A DNA stretch of 64,000 nt from Caldisericota bacterium (GTDB lineage: Bacteria > Caldisericota > Caldisericia > JAAYUI01), in NCBI GenBank assembly GCA_029548865.1, contig JAKPMO010000026.1:1-64000 (forward strand), written 5' to 3'. Below, piece by piece: positions 9,912 through 19,213 of the stretch. The translations under genes were made by a program, and so were the position numbers. Each line of letters begins with the position of its first letter. The stretch's first letter is position 1. The notes below the pieces were generated by a model. That model was not told the origin of the DNA. It made no database searches and was given only the letters and a program-made list of their open reading frames with translations.

Positions 9912-10601
9912 TTGGCTAGATGTGTCAATTTGATTGATGGAGGATACTTTGAGAGGGTGCAGAAAGCGCTTGGAAGGGGAAAGATAGATTTTCTGAAGCT
10001 CCAGGAAAAAATGACTGGCAATTTCGACATGCTCAGGACGTATTACTATCACTGTCTTCCATACCAGAGCGCAAATCCAACTGAAGAGGAAAAGCTTGAA
10101 TTCGCAAGAAAGCAGTCTTTTTTTAAATACCTTGAATATCAGCCCAATTTTGAAGTGAGACTCGGAAGGCTTGAATTTAGGGGCTACACTCAAACCGGTG
10201 AGAGAATTTTGGAGCAAAAGAGGGTCGATCTTTTGATTGGTGTTGACCTTGTAATGCTGTCCATGAAGAAGTTGATTACCCATGCTTGCATAATCGCTGG
10301 AGATTCCGATTTTATTCCTGCCATTGAGGTGGCCAAGTATGAGGGCGTAATAACGTATCTTTTCCACGGCCCAAATTGTCACGAGGATCTGAAGCAGATT
10401 GCAGACGTGAGGATTGAAATCAATGATGAATTCATGGATGCAGTCATGGCTCAGGACGTCGCTAAGCCCCAAAGAAAAGTCTTCGAGACGGTAGAGGAAT
10501 ACGAAAAAAAGGCAAAAAAACCCCATAGTATCTGGAAAAAAGAAGCCGAGGTAGTCCAGGAAGTGAAAAAAACCAGAAAGGGTAAAACTGCAAAACCTTA
10601 A
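9912..10601 (+). CDS. NYN-domain (LabA/DUF88, PIN-fold) putative ribonuclease
   Basis: SD AGGAGG then TTG 9912; IDGGY, YYY, QKRVD, AGDSDFIP, AD motifs. Confidence 0.85.
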   Translation: MARCVNLIDGGYFERVQKALGRGKIDFLKLQEKMTGNFDMLRTYYYHCLPYQSANPTEEEKLEFARKQSFFKYLEYQPNFEVRLGRLEFRGYTQTGERILEQKRVDLLIGVDLVMLSMKKLITHACIIAGDSDFIPAIEVAKYEGVITYLFHGPNCHEDLKQIADVRIEINDEFMDAVMAQDVAKPQRKVFETVEEYEKKAKKPHSIWKKEAEVVQEVKKTRKGKTAKP

Positions 10602-10678
10602 TTTAAGGTTGACCGGCTTAATCTGAGAATTTTTCTGGCCTATGCTTGTCCCATATCCTGCCAACAGGGGGAAGTTAT

Positions 10679-11782
10679 ATGGAACATCCAGCAAACATGC
10701 AAGGACATGGGCATCCAGGTGGAATGCCACAAGGCAATGGCATCATGCCGCCCTTTCTTGTCTCATATTCGGTAACAAGGGAATGCAATCTCAGGTGCAA
10801 GCACTGTTACAGTGAGTCATCCGACAATGTGCCAAAGGATGAGCTTACAACAGAACAGGCTTTCAGGCTCCTTGATGAAGTCGTTTCATGGGGACCGAAA
10901 CTCCTTATTTTTGATGGTGGAGAACCTCTCAAGAGGGCAGATTTTTTTGATCTGGCCAAGCATGCTAGTTCAAAAGGAATCAGAACGGTCATCGGAACAA
11001 ATGCCACCCTCATCGACAGGGGTGTCGCACAAAAACTCAAAGATTGTGGAGTGATGGCTGCGCAGATATCGGTTGATGGCGCAAACGCAAAAACCCATGA
11101 CTGGTTCAGGGGCGTGGAGGGTTCGTTTGAAAAAGCCATGCAGGGTGCAAAGGCCTGCCGTGAAGTTGGACTTCCTTTCCAGTTTGGTGCAACAATCCGC
11201 AAGAGCACGATAAAAGAATTGCCAAGGTTGTTGGACATGGCAGTCGAGACAGGCGCAATTGCCGCCGAACTTTTTGATCTTGTCCAAGTCCAGAGGGTCA
11301 AAGAAGAAATCCCGGATGAAATTCTTTCTGTAGAAGAAAGAAAAGAGACAATGGGATGGCTTGCCAAAAAGCAGGAAGACTACCCGATTGTGATAAGGAC
11401 ACCTGGATGTACAATGTATCCAATTACGCTCCAGTCAGCTGGCATTGTGTCAAAGCATTTCCCAAAAGAAAACCTAATGAGAATCCCATATTATAACAGG
11501 GGCTGCGCCGCGGGCATGCCAAACGGTTATGTCACCATTCTGCCAAACGGAGATGTGATCCCGTGCATGCTCCTCCAGACTGTGGTTGGAAATGTAAAAA
11601 ACGACAGCCTGAAGAAGATTTGGGAAACATCGCCCGTCCTGCTTGAGCTTCGCGACAGATCGAAGCTGAAGGGTAAATGCAGAGGTTGTGAGCATGACAA
11701 AACATGTTCCGGTTGCCGTGGAAGGGCATACGAGCACACCGGCGATTATCTTGCGGAAGACCCAGGTTGCTACCTCAAATAA
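10679..11782 (+). CDS. Radical SAM/SPASM protein, AhbC/AhbD/NirJ-like
   Basis: CNLRCKHC, GGEPL, SPASM cysteines CAAG...PC...CRGC....CSGCRGRA...DPGC. Confidence 0.8.
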   Translation: MEHPANMQGHGHPGGMPQGNGIMPPFLVSYSVTRECNLRCKHCYSESSDNVPKDELTTEQAFRLLDEVVSWGPKLLIFDGGEPLKRADFFDLAKHASSKGIRTVIGTNATLIDRGVAQKLKDCGVMAAQISVDGANAKTHDWFRGVEGSFEKAMQGAKACREVGLPFQFGATIRKSTIKELPRLLDMAVETGAIAAELFDLVQVQRVKEEIPDEILSVEERKETMGWLAKKQEDYPIVIRTPGCTMYPITLQSAGIVSKHFPKENLMRIPYYNRGCAAGMPNGYVTILPNGDVIPCMLLQTVVGNVKNDSLKKIWETSPVLLELRDRSKLKGKCRGCEHDKTCSGCRGRAYEHTGDYLAEDPGCYLK

Positions 11783-11838
11783 TTCAATCAGTGCCAAATC
11801 ATAAAAACCTAAAAGTTACTAAGGCGAAACATCTGTGT

Positions 11839-14800
11839 TCATAATAATCCAGAATACTTCTCAAAGAATTTGAGAAGCCTTTCGATTATACTCTGCTTCC
11901 TTGTGGCTCTATTCCCACCGCCGAAACGCGATACAGGCGGCATGATTTTATCAATGGCCGTGCCTGTCGTTTTCAGTGAACCATCGCGGAAAGCATTGTC
12001 CACGAAATGTCGAGTCTCGTCAGGTTTTAATCTTTCTTCTTCTATGATCGTTGTAATGTCTGCTTCTTTGCGTTCACACAGGAATTTGCGCCAATCCTCA
12101 TCGACCTTTGTTGATGCATTGATCTGTTCTATGAATTGTTCAATAAGCTGCTTCTTGCTGCGAAGTCCGATACTGGAATTGATTGCTTTGTCGATAGTTG
12201 TGAGGATATTCTTATTCTTGCAGTTGGATTCATGGTATTCTTCTACAAGCATGAGAATGTAGTCAATGTTGACCTCAATCTGCCGAATAAGTTCAATCTC
12301 GAACACAACGTCATCATTGATAGTCTCTCTATCACCGTCAGCGCCTTTTTTGATTTTCTGATAAAGGTCGATATAGATGCTCTGGTAATCTTGAAAATTC
12401 TTTTCATGTAAAACTTCATTGCCTGCGAAATTATCAAAGGAAGACAAAATATTCCTCAGCCTTAAAATCGCGCCATACAGCTGGATAAAATCTTTTTCCG
12501 CCTCTTCACCAAGAATAGGCTGTCCAAGAGGATATTGTGTTTTAAGATCGGCAACCAGTTCTTTGTAGCCTGGTCTGTGCTCGCCGTTTTCATCGTAGCC
12601 GTTATAATACTCGTCGTATGTTTTGAGCAGCACAATACCGCCTGCATCCTTGTTGCCGAAAAGAGCAATTGCTTTGTCTGTTTCCTCCTTCAAGTCGCGG
12701 AAACAAATGATGTTGCCGAAAGTCTTGACGCTGTTTAAAATACGGTTTGTTCGCGAGAATGCCTGAATCAGCCCATGTTGCTTAAGGTTTTTGTCTACCC
12801 AGAGCGTGTTGAGGGTAGTCGCGTCAAAACCTGTCAGGAACATATTGACCACAATCAGCAGGTCAACCTCGCGGTTCTTCACGCGAAGGGAAAGGTCTTT
12901 GTAGTAATTCTGGAACTTGTCCGAAGATGTATCAAAATTTGTGCTGAATATTGCATTATAATCCTTGATTGCTGTCTCAAGAAAGTTCCGCGAGCCCTGG
13001 TCGAGATTGTCCATGTTGAAACCCTCGTCCGGCAACATGCCGCCTGGCTCATCCTCGTTTGCGCTGAAACTAAAAATGGTTGCTATGGTGAGATTGCGGT
13101 GCTTTTCTGCAATCTGCTTTTTAAATTCGGTGTAATATTTGATGGCTATTGGAATTGACGCTGCAGTAAATATGGAGTTGAAACCGGCCACGCGTCTTGT
13201 TTCGCATTTTTCAATTGTTGTCTTGGGATCATGTTTTCCAGCCTCTTCCCATTTGGCAGAAAGTGTATAAAAACTGCTGCGCTTTGTCTTCTGGTCGAAA
13301 TGGTCAAGAACATAGGCAACAATTTCACTGATTCGCTGTGGATCAGCCAGGGCTTTTTCAGTGTCTATGGAATGGACTTTTTTGTCATCTATATGGTCGG
13401 GTTTTTTGATGGTGTTGATGAAGTCTATCCTGAAAGGCAGTACGTTCCTGTCATTAATGGCGTCCACAATGGTATAGGTGTGCAGTTTTTCTCCAAAGGC
13501 CTGTTCGGTTGTTCGAAGAGATAATGGATTGCCACCCGAACTGGCGTTCGCAGCGAATATCGGTGTTCCTGTAAAGCCGAAGATGTGATAGTTTTTAAAG
13601 GTTTTTGTGATGGCCTGGCGCATATCACCAAACTGGGAGCGGTGACACTCATCAAAAATCAACACGACATGTTTTTTGTAAATATCGTGTTGCTTATTGC
13701 TATGAATGAATACATCCAGCTTTTGAATTGTTGTTATGATGATCTTATATTTATGCGGATTGCCTTTTTCATCCCTGTCTTCCAGCTGGCGCTGGAGGAC
13801 CCTTGTCGAGATGTTGCCGTTTGCGGCGCCTTTCTCGAAGCGGTCATATTCCTTCATCGTCTGGTAGTCCAGGTCTTTGCGGTCAACGACAAACAATACC
13901 TTGTCAATATAGGGCAGGGTGGAAGCCAGCTGGGCAGTCTTGAAGCTCGTCAAGGTCTTGCCGGAACCAGTTGTGTGCCAGATGTAGCCCCCTGCTTCCG
14001 TCGTTCCCGTTTTCTTGTAGTTGGTTGATATCGCTATGCGGGATAAAATGCGCTCTGTTGCCGCGATTTGGTATGGGCGCATGACGAGAAGCAATTCCTC
14101 GGATGTGAATACACAGTATTTGGTCAAAACATTCAGCAGGGTGTGCTTGGCTAAAAATGTCTTGGTAAAATCCACAAGGTCGGGAATGGCTTTGTTGTTT
14201 GCGTCTGCCCAAAAGTTTGTAAACTCAAAGCTGTTGCTCGTTTTGTTACTCTTTTGGCGTCTGCTGTCGCCTTGTTCCTTGATGTGCGCGTTCCTTGTGG
14301 TGTTGCTGTAATACTTTGTATGTGTACCGTTGGAAATCACGAAAATCTGGACATACTCAAACAGGCCCAACGAGGCCCAAAAGCTGTCGCGCTGATAACG
14401 GTTGATCTGGTTGAACGCTTCGCGGATGGCGACACCACGCCGTTTTAGTTCTACATGAACAAGGGGCAACCCGTTCACAAGAATCGTCACGTCATACCGT
14501 GTTTCATGGGTGCCACCCGGTTCCTCATACTGTCTGATGACCTGCAGGCGGTTGTTGTGGATGTTCTTTTTGTCGAGGAGGTAGATGTTCTTGGCTGTGC
14601 CATCATCGCGGCGAAGAACCTGCACATGGTCGTCCTGAATTTTCCTGGTTTTCTCTACGATGCTTTCGTTGGTATTGGCGATACATTCTGCAAAAAACCT
14701 TTCCCATTCGCCATTCGTAAAGGTGAGATCGTTGAGTTGTTCGAGTTGCCTGCGCAGGTTGGCGACCAGCGTGGCCTCATTGTGGACCTCCAGGTATTCA

Positions 14801-14946
14801 TATCCTTGCGCTGTCAGCAGGCGGACAAATTCATTCTCGAGCTCCGCCTCGCTCTGGTATTTTTCAGAACAGGCGCCATATTCGGCCAGATATTCGGCAA
14901 CAACCGTCGCTTCTTCGGTGCTCGTGACGATGTTATATGTGCTCAT
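11839..14946 (-). CDS. hsdR: Type I restriction endonuclease subunit R (EcoR124I-like)
   Basis: D..LVNGLPLVHVELK nuclease motif, HTTGSGKT Walker A, DECHR, FTGTP, MFLTGFDA, QAFSRTNR. Confidence 0.95.
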   Translation of the reverse strand: MSTYNIVTSTEEATVVAEYLAEYGACSEKYQSEAELENEFVRLLTAQGYEYLEVHNEATLVANLRRQLEQLNDLTFTNGEWERFFAECIANTNESIVEKTRKIQDDHVQVLRRDDGTAKNIYLLDKKNIHNNRLQVIRQYEEPGGTHETRYDVTILVNGLPLVHVELKRRGVAIREAFNQINRYQRDSFWASLGLFEYVQIFVISNGTHTKYYSNTTRNAHIKEQGDSRRQKSNKTSNSFEFTNFWADANNKAIPDLVDFTKTFLAKHTLLNVLTKYCVFTSEELLLVMRPYQIAATERILSRIAISTNYKKTGTTEAGGYIWHTTGSGKTLTSFKTAQLASTLPYIDKVLFVVDRKDLDYQTMKEYDRFEKGAANGNISTRVLQRQLEDRDEKGNPHKYKIIITTIQKLDVFIHSNKQHDIYKKHVVLIFDECHRSQFGDMRQAITKTFKNYHIFGFTGTPIFAANASSGGNPLSLRTTEQAFGEKLHTYTIVDAINDRNVLPFRIDFINTIKKPDHIDDKKVHSIDTEKALADPQRISEIVAYVLDHFDQKTKRSSFYTLSAKWEEAGKHDPKTTIEKCETRRVAGFNSIFTAASIPIAIKYYTEFKKQIAEKHRNLTIATIFSFSANEDEPGGMLPDEGFNMDNLDQGSRNFLETAIKDYNAIFSTNFDTSSDKFQNYYKDLSLRVKNREVDLLIVVNMFLTGFDATTLNTLWVDKNLKQHGLIQAFSRTNRILNSVKTFGNIICFRDLKEETDKAIALFGNKDAGGIVLLKTYDEYYNGYDENGEHRPGYKELVADLKTQYPLGQPILGEEAEKDFIQLYGAILRLRNILSSFDNFAGNEVLHEKNFQDYQSIYIDLYQKIKKGADGDRETINDDVVFEIELIRQIEVNIDYILMLVEEYHESNCKNKNILTTIDKAINSSIGLRSKKQLIEQFIEQINASTKVDEDWRKFLCERKEADITTIIEEERLKPDETRHFVDNAFRDGSLKTTGTAIDKIMPPVSRFGGGNRATRKQSIIERLLKFFEKYSGLL

Positions 14947-16112
14947 GCGGATTTCTCCCTGAAAGTCAGCAGCTTGTCGCGGTAGTATTCATACTGTTTG
15001 TGCCGTGCCGCTATTTCGGCTGGCAGGCCTTGGGTGATGTCATTAACAAGGGTGTCAAAGCGGTCCAGTATCCAGACTATTTCCTGCTGTACCTCCAACG
15101 GCGGAACGGGGATACTGATTTTATTCAACACTGCTTGTGTTAGGCTTGGAACACCGCCAGCGGTATTTAGCCTCTCAAGGTGCTGTGTCTGCAGATAGTA
15201 ATAAACAAACTTCGGCTCAATAAATTCCGCATTTATCTCAGTATAGAAAATGGTATCAACTGTCCAAAAGGGATCTTTAACATAATACAATTTATCCAAA
15301 GAGCCTTTTCGAGGAATCAGTACTGATGGCCTATCATACGCAAAAGTATCAATATATGTCATAATGCCGCCTGTACCATAAACCGGAATATCGCCTTCCG
15401 CGAAGCCCTTATAATCTTTGCCGTTTCGTATCGATAAAACTTCCCCCAATAGCCTATACTCCACCCCATCAGGGCAAAACTCGTGGATTAATTTATCAAA
15501 TTTATCAACATACATGTCGTCACTGAAGTTTAACAACAAATCCCTATAAAATTCGTACTGCTTCTTTCGTGCTTCCAGCTCCGCTTCCAGCTCCGCTTCC
15601 AGCGCAATAAACTTGTCCAGTATCCGGACTATTTCCTGCTGAACCTCCAACGGCGGAAGGGGGATTTTTATGGATTTCACATCATTGGTGTTTATTGCCT
15701 CGAAAGTTGAACCATTAGACTTTTTCTTAATTTCATTCACACAAGTATTAAGGTAGTAATAGAGAAATTTCGTTTCTAAACTCTCTTTCCCCATAATTGC
15801 ACATAATCCACGCCCAATTGCGATTCTCCTGTTTGTGATGTTTGTGTCACCTACCGGCGCACGAACACTCATAATTATACTCCATGCATCAGCTTCTTTT
15901 ATAGGTGCTGATGTATAAGTGTTAGAGTATCCGAGCATCGTATTTTCGAAGTATGACTTCCCTTGGTGAAATTCAATCCCCTTAGAATGGTCAGATGAGA
16001 TTGTGTTTCCACTCGGAGAGGTTCCCATAGTAATATAGGCAATCTCATCAAGAGCTTTATACTCCACCCCGTCCGGACAAAACTCGTTAATCAACCTGTC
16101 TAGTTCACTCAT
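14943..16112 (-). CDS. hsdS: Type I R-M specificity subunit
   Basis: Duplicated FCPDGVEY and PPLEVQQEIV.ILD.F constant regions, central LEAELEAELEA, terminal KQYEYYRDKLLTF. Confidence 0.95.
   Translation of the reverse strand: MSELDRLINEFCPDGVEYKALDEIAYITMGTSPSGNTISSDHSKGIEFHQGKSYFENTMLGYSNTYTSAPIKEADAWSIIMSVRAPVGDTNITNRRIAIGRGLCAIMGKESLETKFLYYYLNTCVNEIKKKSNGSTFEAINTNDVKSIKIPLPPLEVQQEIVRILDKFIALEAELEAELEARKKQYEFYRDLLLNFSDDMYVDKFDKLIHEFCPDGVEYRLLGEVLSIRNGKDYKGFAEGDIPVYGTGGIMTYIDTFAYDRPSVLIPRKGSLDKLYYVKDPFWTVDTIFYTEINAEFIEPKFVYYYLQTQHLERLNTAGGVPSLTQAVLNKISIPVPPLEVQQEIVWILDRFDTLVNDITQGLPAEIAARHKQYEYYRDKLLTFREKSA
15571..15603. repeat. 12-bp tandem repeat (x2.75) in the hsdS central conserved region
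   Basis: GCTTCCAGCTCC GCTTCCAGCTCC GCTTCCAGC, encoding LEAE repeats. Confidence 0.9.
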
Positions 16113-16902
16113 CACCGACACCACCTAACGGTTCTTTCCATCCCAGAGATTTGATTGCATTCCGTAGTTCTCTGTTGATTCTGACATTTTCGAGTGTCCC
16201 AATCACAAGCCTACGCAAAGGCTCAAACTTTTTTAATCCTTGCTCTTCATTATACTCACCGTGAACAATGCTACTTAGCTCACGAAAAAGCTTATAACCA
16301 TTATTTGAAAATTCTTTTGGTATAATAGCGCACTTTTTATCAACTTCTTCCAACAGAACACGAAAATTCTTTGGGTTTCCACCTTCATGTTTGTCATATG
16401 AAATTCCCATGACATCTGCTGTTTGTGCAGTAATCTTTTCAAATGTTTTCCGTAAATATACTATGGCTCCAGCACCTAAACCCTCTCGATACGCACATTC
16501 GGCCATATCTAAAAGAGATGAAAATTCACCGTATTGTACATTCTTGGTTTTCACCATAGCTGACAGTTTTTCACTATGTTTTATAATTCTAACTTTGGGA
16601 GCTTGTCCGCATATATCGTCTTCGCATTCAACCAAAAACCATGCTTGTACATTCGACCCACATCCACAAGCCAGAATGCAGTCTATGCTAATAATATGTT
16701 TGTTTACAAAAACGCAGCATAATTTGCCTTTCGATGTAAAAGTTCGAAAATCTTCGCATTGAACACAGAAATAATTTAACATAACTTCTCCGACTGATAA
16801 CGTTATTTGCTGACCCGTATTGCCTTTTTTGTTAATCAAAAATCCATCTACTTGCGAATAGTCGCATTCTGGAGATTTAGAGAGTACCTCACTTAAACGC
16901 AT
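16105..16902 (-). CDS. Hypothetical protein with Cys-pair N-domain and DUF4145/HEPN-like C-domain
   Basis: CVQC and CGC; GAGAIVYLRKTFE and RELSSIVH (Rx6H); AT-rich; overlaps the hsdS start. Confidence 0.6.
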   Translation of the reverse strand: MRLSEVLSKSPECDYSQVDGFLINKKGNTGQQITLSVGEVMLNYFCVQCEDFRTFTSKGKLCCVFVNKHIISIDCILACGCGSNVQAWFLVECEDDICGQAPKVRIIKHSEKLSAMVKTKNVQYGEFSSLLDMAECAYREGLGAGAIVYLRKTFEKITAQTADVMGISYDKHEGGNPKNFRVLLEEVDKKCAIIPKEFSNNGYKLFRELSSIVHGEYNEEQGLKKFEPLRRLVIGTLENVRINRELRNAIKSLGWKEPLGGVGDE

Positions 16903-16905
16903 AGG

Positions 16906-17412
16906 TTACGTTCTCTCTATTTCTGTGATTTGCTGCCAGATGCGGCGTTCGCTGGCCCGAATGGAACGAACGCGCTCCAGCAGTTCTCTGAAATAGTCTT
17001 TTTCAAAGGCTGTCTTGCCCTGTTTCAGCCGTTCATCGTCAAGGGTAAAACCTTTTATTATGTACTCTTTCAATACCCCAGTCGCCCAGATGCGAAATTG
17101 GGTGGCCCGCTTTGAGTTTACACGGTAACCGACAGAAATGATGGCATCAAGATTGTAATAGTCAACGTTTCGCCTGACCGCTCTTTCGCCCTCGGTTTGA
17201 ACTGTTTCCATTTTGGAAACAGTTGCATCTTTTCTTAGTTCGCCCTCATCGTAAATATTTTGTAAATGCTTTGATACTGCAGGGATATTTATACCAAATA
17301 ATTCGGCCATAGCCTTTTGCGTCAACCAAATCGTTTCATCTTTGATGACCGCATTGACTGTCACATTTTCTGAAACGGATTGATAAATCAGAAACTTAAA
17401 CCCGTCTTTCAT
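16906..17412 (-). pseudogene. rhuM: Truncated virulence RhuM-family protein (N-terminal half)
   Basis: ETIWLTQKAMAELF, YNLDAIISVGYRVNS, FRIWAT..LKEYIIKGF, IRASERR; stops 11 residues after ASERR. Confidence 0.75.
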
Positions 17413-18977
17413 GTGCCCACCTCTATTTCCGCGATGATTTTGGCAATCTCATCACGTAAAACCTGCTCCCGCGCTACAATTTTCTCTATTTCAGCATTGA
17501 GGGTGACAATATCAATCTTCTCTCTGGTGTCCTCCTGCTCCACATAGGTGGAGACCGAAAGGTTGTAGTCCTGGGCGGCAATATCAGCGTTTGGCACAAG
17601 CCTTGAAAAATGCGCCATGCTTTTTCTGCTTGTAAAAGCGCCCAGAATGGCATCTATATTTTCCTGTTTCAACTTGTTGTTGTTCGTAACCTTGACGAAC
17701 TCCTTTGACGCGTCGATGAAAAGGGTGCTGTTTTCTGCCTTGGATTTTTTGAGCACCATGATGCAGGTGGCAATGCTCGTGCCGTAAAACAGGTTGTCCG
17801 GCAGCTGGATCACGCAATCGATGTAGTTGTTGTCAATCAGATATTGCCGAATTTTTTGTTCCGCACCACCGCGATACATCACACCGGGAAAGCATACAAT
17901 CGCCGCCGTTCCGCTGGTTGCCAGCCAGGAAAGACTGTGCATGATAAAAGCAAGATCAGCCTTGGATTTTGGAGCGAGCACGCCAGCTGGTGAAAAGCGC
18001 TGGTCGTTGATCAAAATCGGATCGCTGTCGCCGGGCCACTTGATGGAATAAGGTGGATTGGAAACTATAGCTTCAAACGGCTCATCGTCCCAATGCAGTG
18101 GGTCGGTCAGCGTGTCGCCGTGACCGATGTCAAATTTGTCATAATCTATATCATGCAGGAACATGTTGATACGGCAGAGGTTATAGGTGGTGATATTGAT
18201 TTCCTGGCCGAAGAAGCCCAGGCGCACGTTTTCTTTTCCGAGAATTTTGGCAAACTTTAGAAGCAGGGAGCCAGAACCACAGGCAGGGTCATAGACCTTG
18301 TTGACCTCGGTTTTTCCCACCAGCGCAAGGCGGGTGAGCAATTCGGAAACCTCCTGCGGTGTAAAGAATTCACCACCGCTCTTACCTGCATTTGAAGCAT
18401 ACATACCCATCAGAAATTCGTAGGCATCTCCGAAAGCGTCAATGGTGTTGTCCTTGTAGTTGCCCAATTTCATCTCGCCAACGCCGTTCATTAATTTGAC
18501 AAGCCTCTCGTTGCGCTTTGCCACTGTGCTGCCCAGTTTGTTGCTGTTAACGTCGATATCATCAAACAAACCCTTAAAGTCGTCCTCGCTATTGGTGCCC
18601 AGCGCTGAAGCTTCAATATTTTTGAACACTTTTTCCAGTGTTTCGTTCAGGTTCTCATCACCTGGAGCGCGACGGCGCACATTCTCAAAAAGCTCGCTGG
18701 GCAGTATGAAAAACCCCTTTGTGTTGAGAAGGTCTTCGCGTGCCTGTTCTGCTTCCTGGTCAGGCAGTTTTGCATAATCAAAATCCTTGTGTCCCGCTTC
18801 CCATTCGCCGATGTTTATGTAACCTGCAAGATTTTCGGATATGTAACGATAAAACAGCATTCCAAGCACATATTGCTTGAAATCCCAGCCATCTACACTC
18901 CCGCGTAAATCATTGGCGATACTCCATATCATGCGGTGCAGTTCTGCACGTTCCTGTTCTTTTGTATTGTTAGTCAT
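17409..18977 (-). CDS. hsdM: Type I R-M methyltransferase subunit (m6A)
   Basis: IANDLRG, GGEFFTP, YDPACGSG, NPPY. Confidence 0.95.
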   Translation of the reverse strand: MTNNTKEQERAELHRMIWSIANDLRGSVDGWDFKQYVLGMLFYRYISENLAGYINIGEWEAGHKDFDYAKLPDQEAEQAREDLLNTKGFFILPSELFENVRRRAPGDENLNETLEKVFKNIEASALGTNSEDDFKGLFDDIDVNSNKLGSTVAKRNERLVKLMNGVGEMKLGNYKDNTIDAFGDAYEFLMGMYASNAGKSGGEFFTPQEVSELLTRLALVGKTEVNKVYDPACGSGSLLLKFAKILGKENVRLGFFGQEINITTYNLCRINMFLHDIDYDKFDIGHGDTLTDPLHWDDEPFEAIVSNPPYSIKWPGDSDPILINDQRFSPAGVLAPKSKADLAFIMHSLSWLATSGTAAIVCFPGVMYRGGAEQKIRQYLIDNNYIDCVIQLPDNLFYGTSIATCIMVLKKSKAENSTLFIDASKEFVKVTNNNKLKQENIDAILGAFTSRKSMAHFSRLVPNADIAAQDYNLSVSTYVEQEDTREKIDIVTLNAEIEKIVAREQVLRDEIAKIIAEIEVGT

Positions 18978-19213
18978 TTTTCAGCTCCCCCTCCTCAGCT
19001 GTATCTGGCACTAATTCAATAATATCTTCGAAATTGATACCGAGCGCTGAGCAGACCTTGTAAGACCGTCCATACTGATTTTTCATTTTTAAAAAGCTTT
19101 GGAGTTGATGATGGACTTGTAAACGTAGCTGCTTGCAAATCCTCCTTGTTTCTGTGGAGGTCAATTAATAATTCCCAAAGCTTTTTATAGCTAACGGTCA
19201 TTTGTTCCGTCAT
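18970..19213 (-). pseudogene. Frameshifted Cro/C1-type Xre HTH regulator upstream of hsdM
   Basis: VSYKKLWELLID...DL...KLFKNE in one frame, ISMDGL in a second, KVCSALGINFEDIIELVPD in the third; the pieces together match the common MxVSYKKLW...ICxAL...DI.E family. Confidence 0.8.

Noticed and set aside
9852..10730. 292-aa minus-strand ORF, and similar long antisense ORFs (31549-32490, 32833-33762, 25357-26175, 49246-50091)
   Set aside because: Shadow frames opposite well-supported genes; no motifs or ribosome-binding sites.
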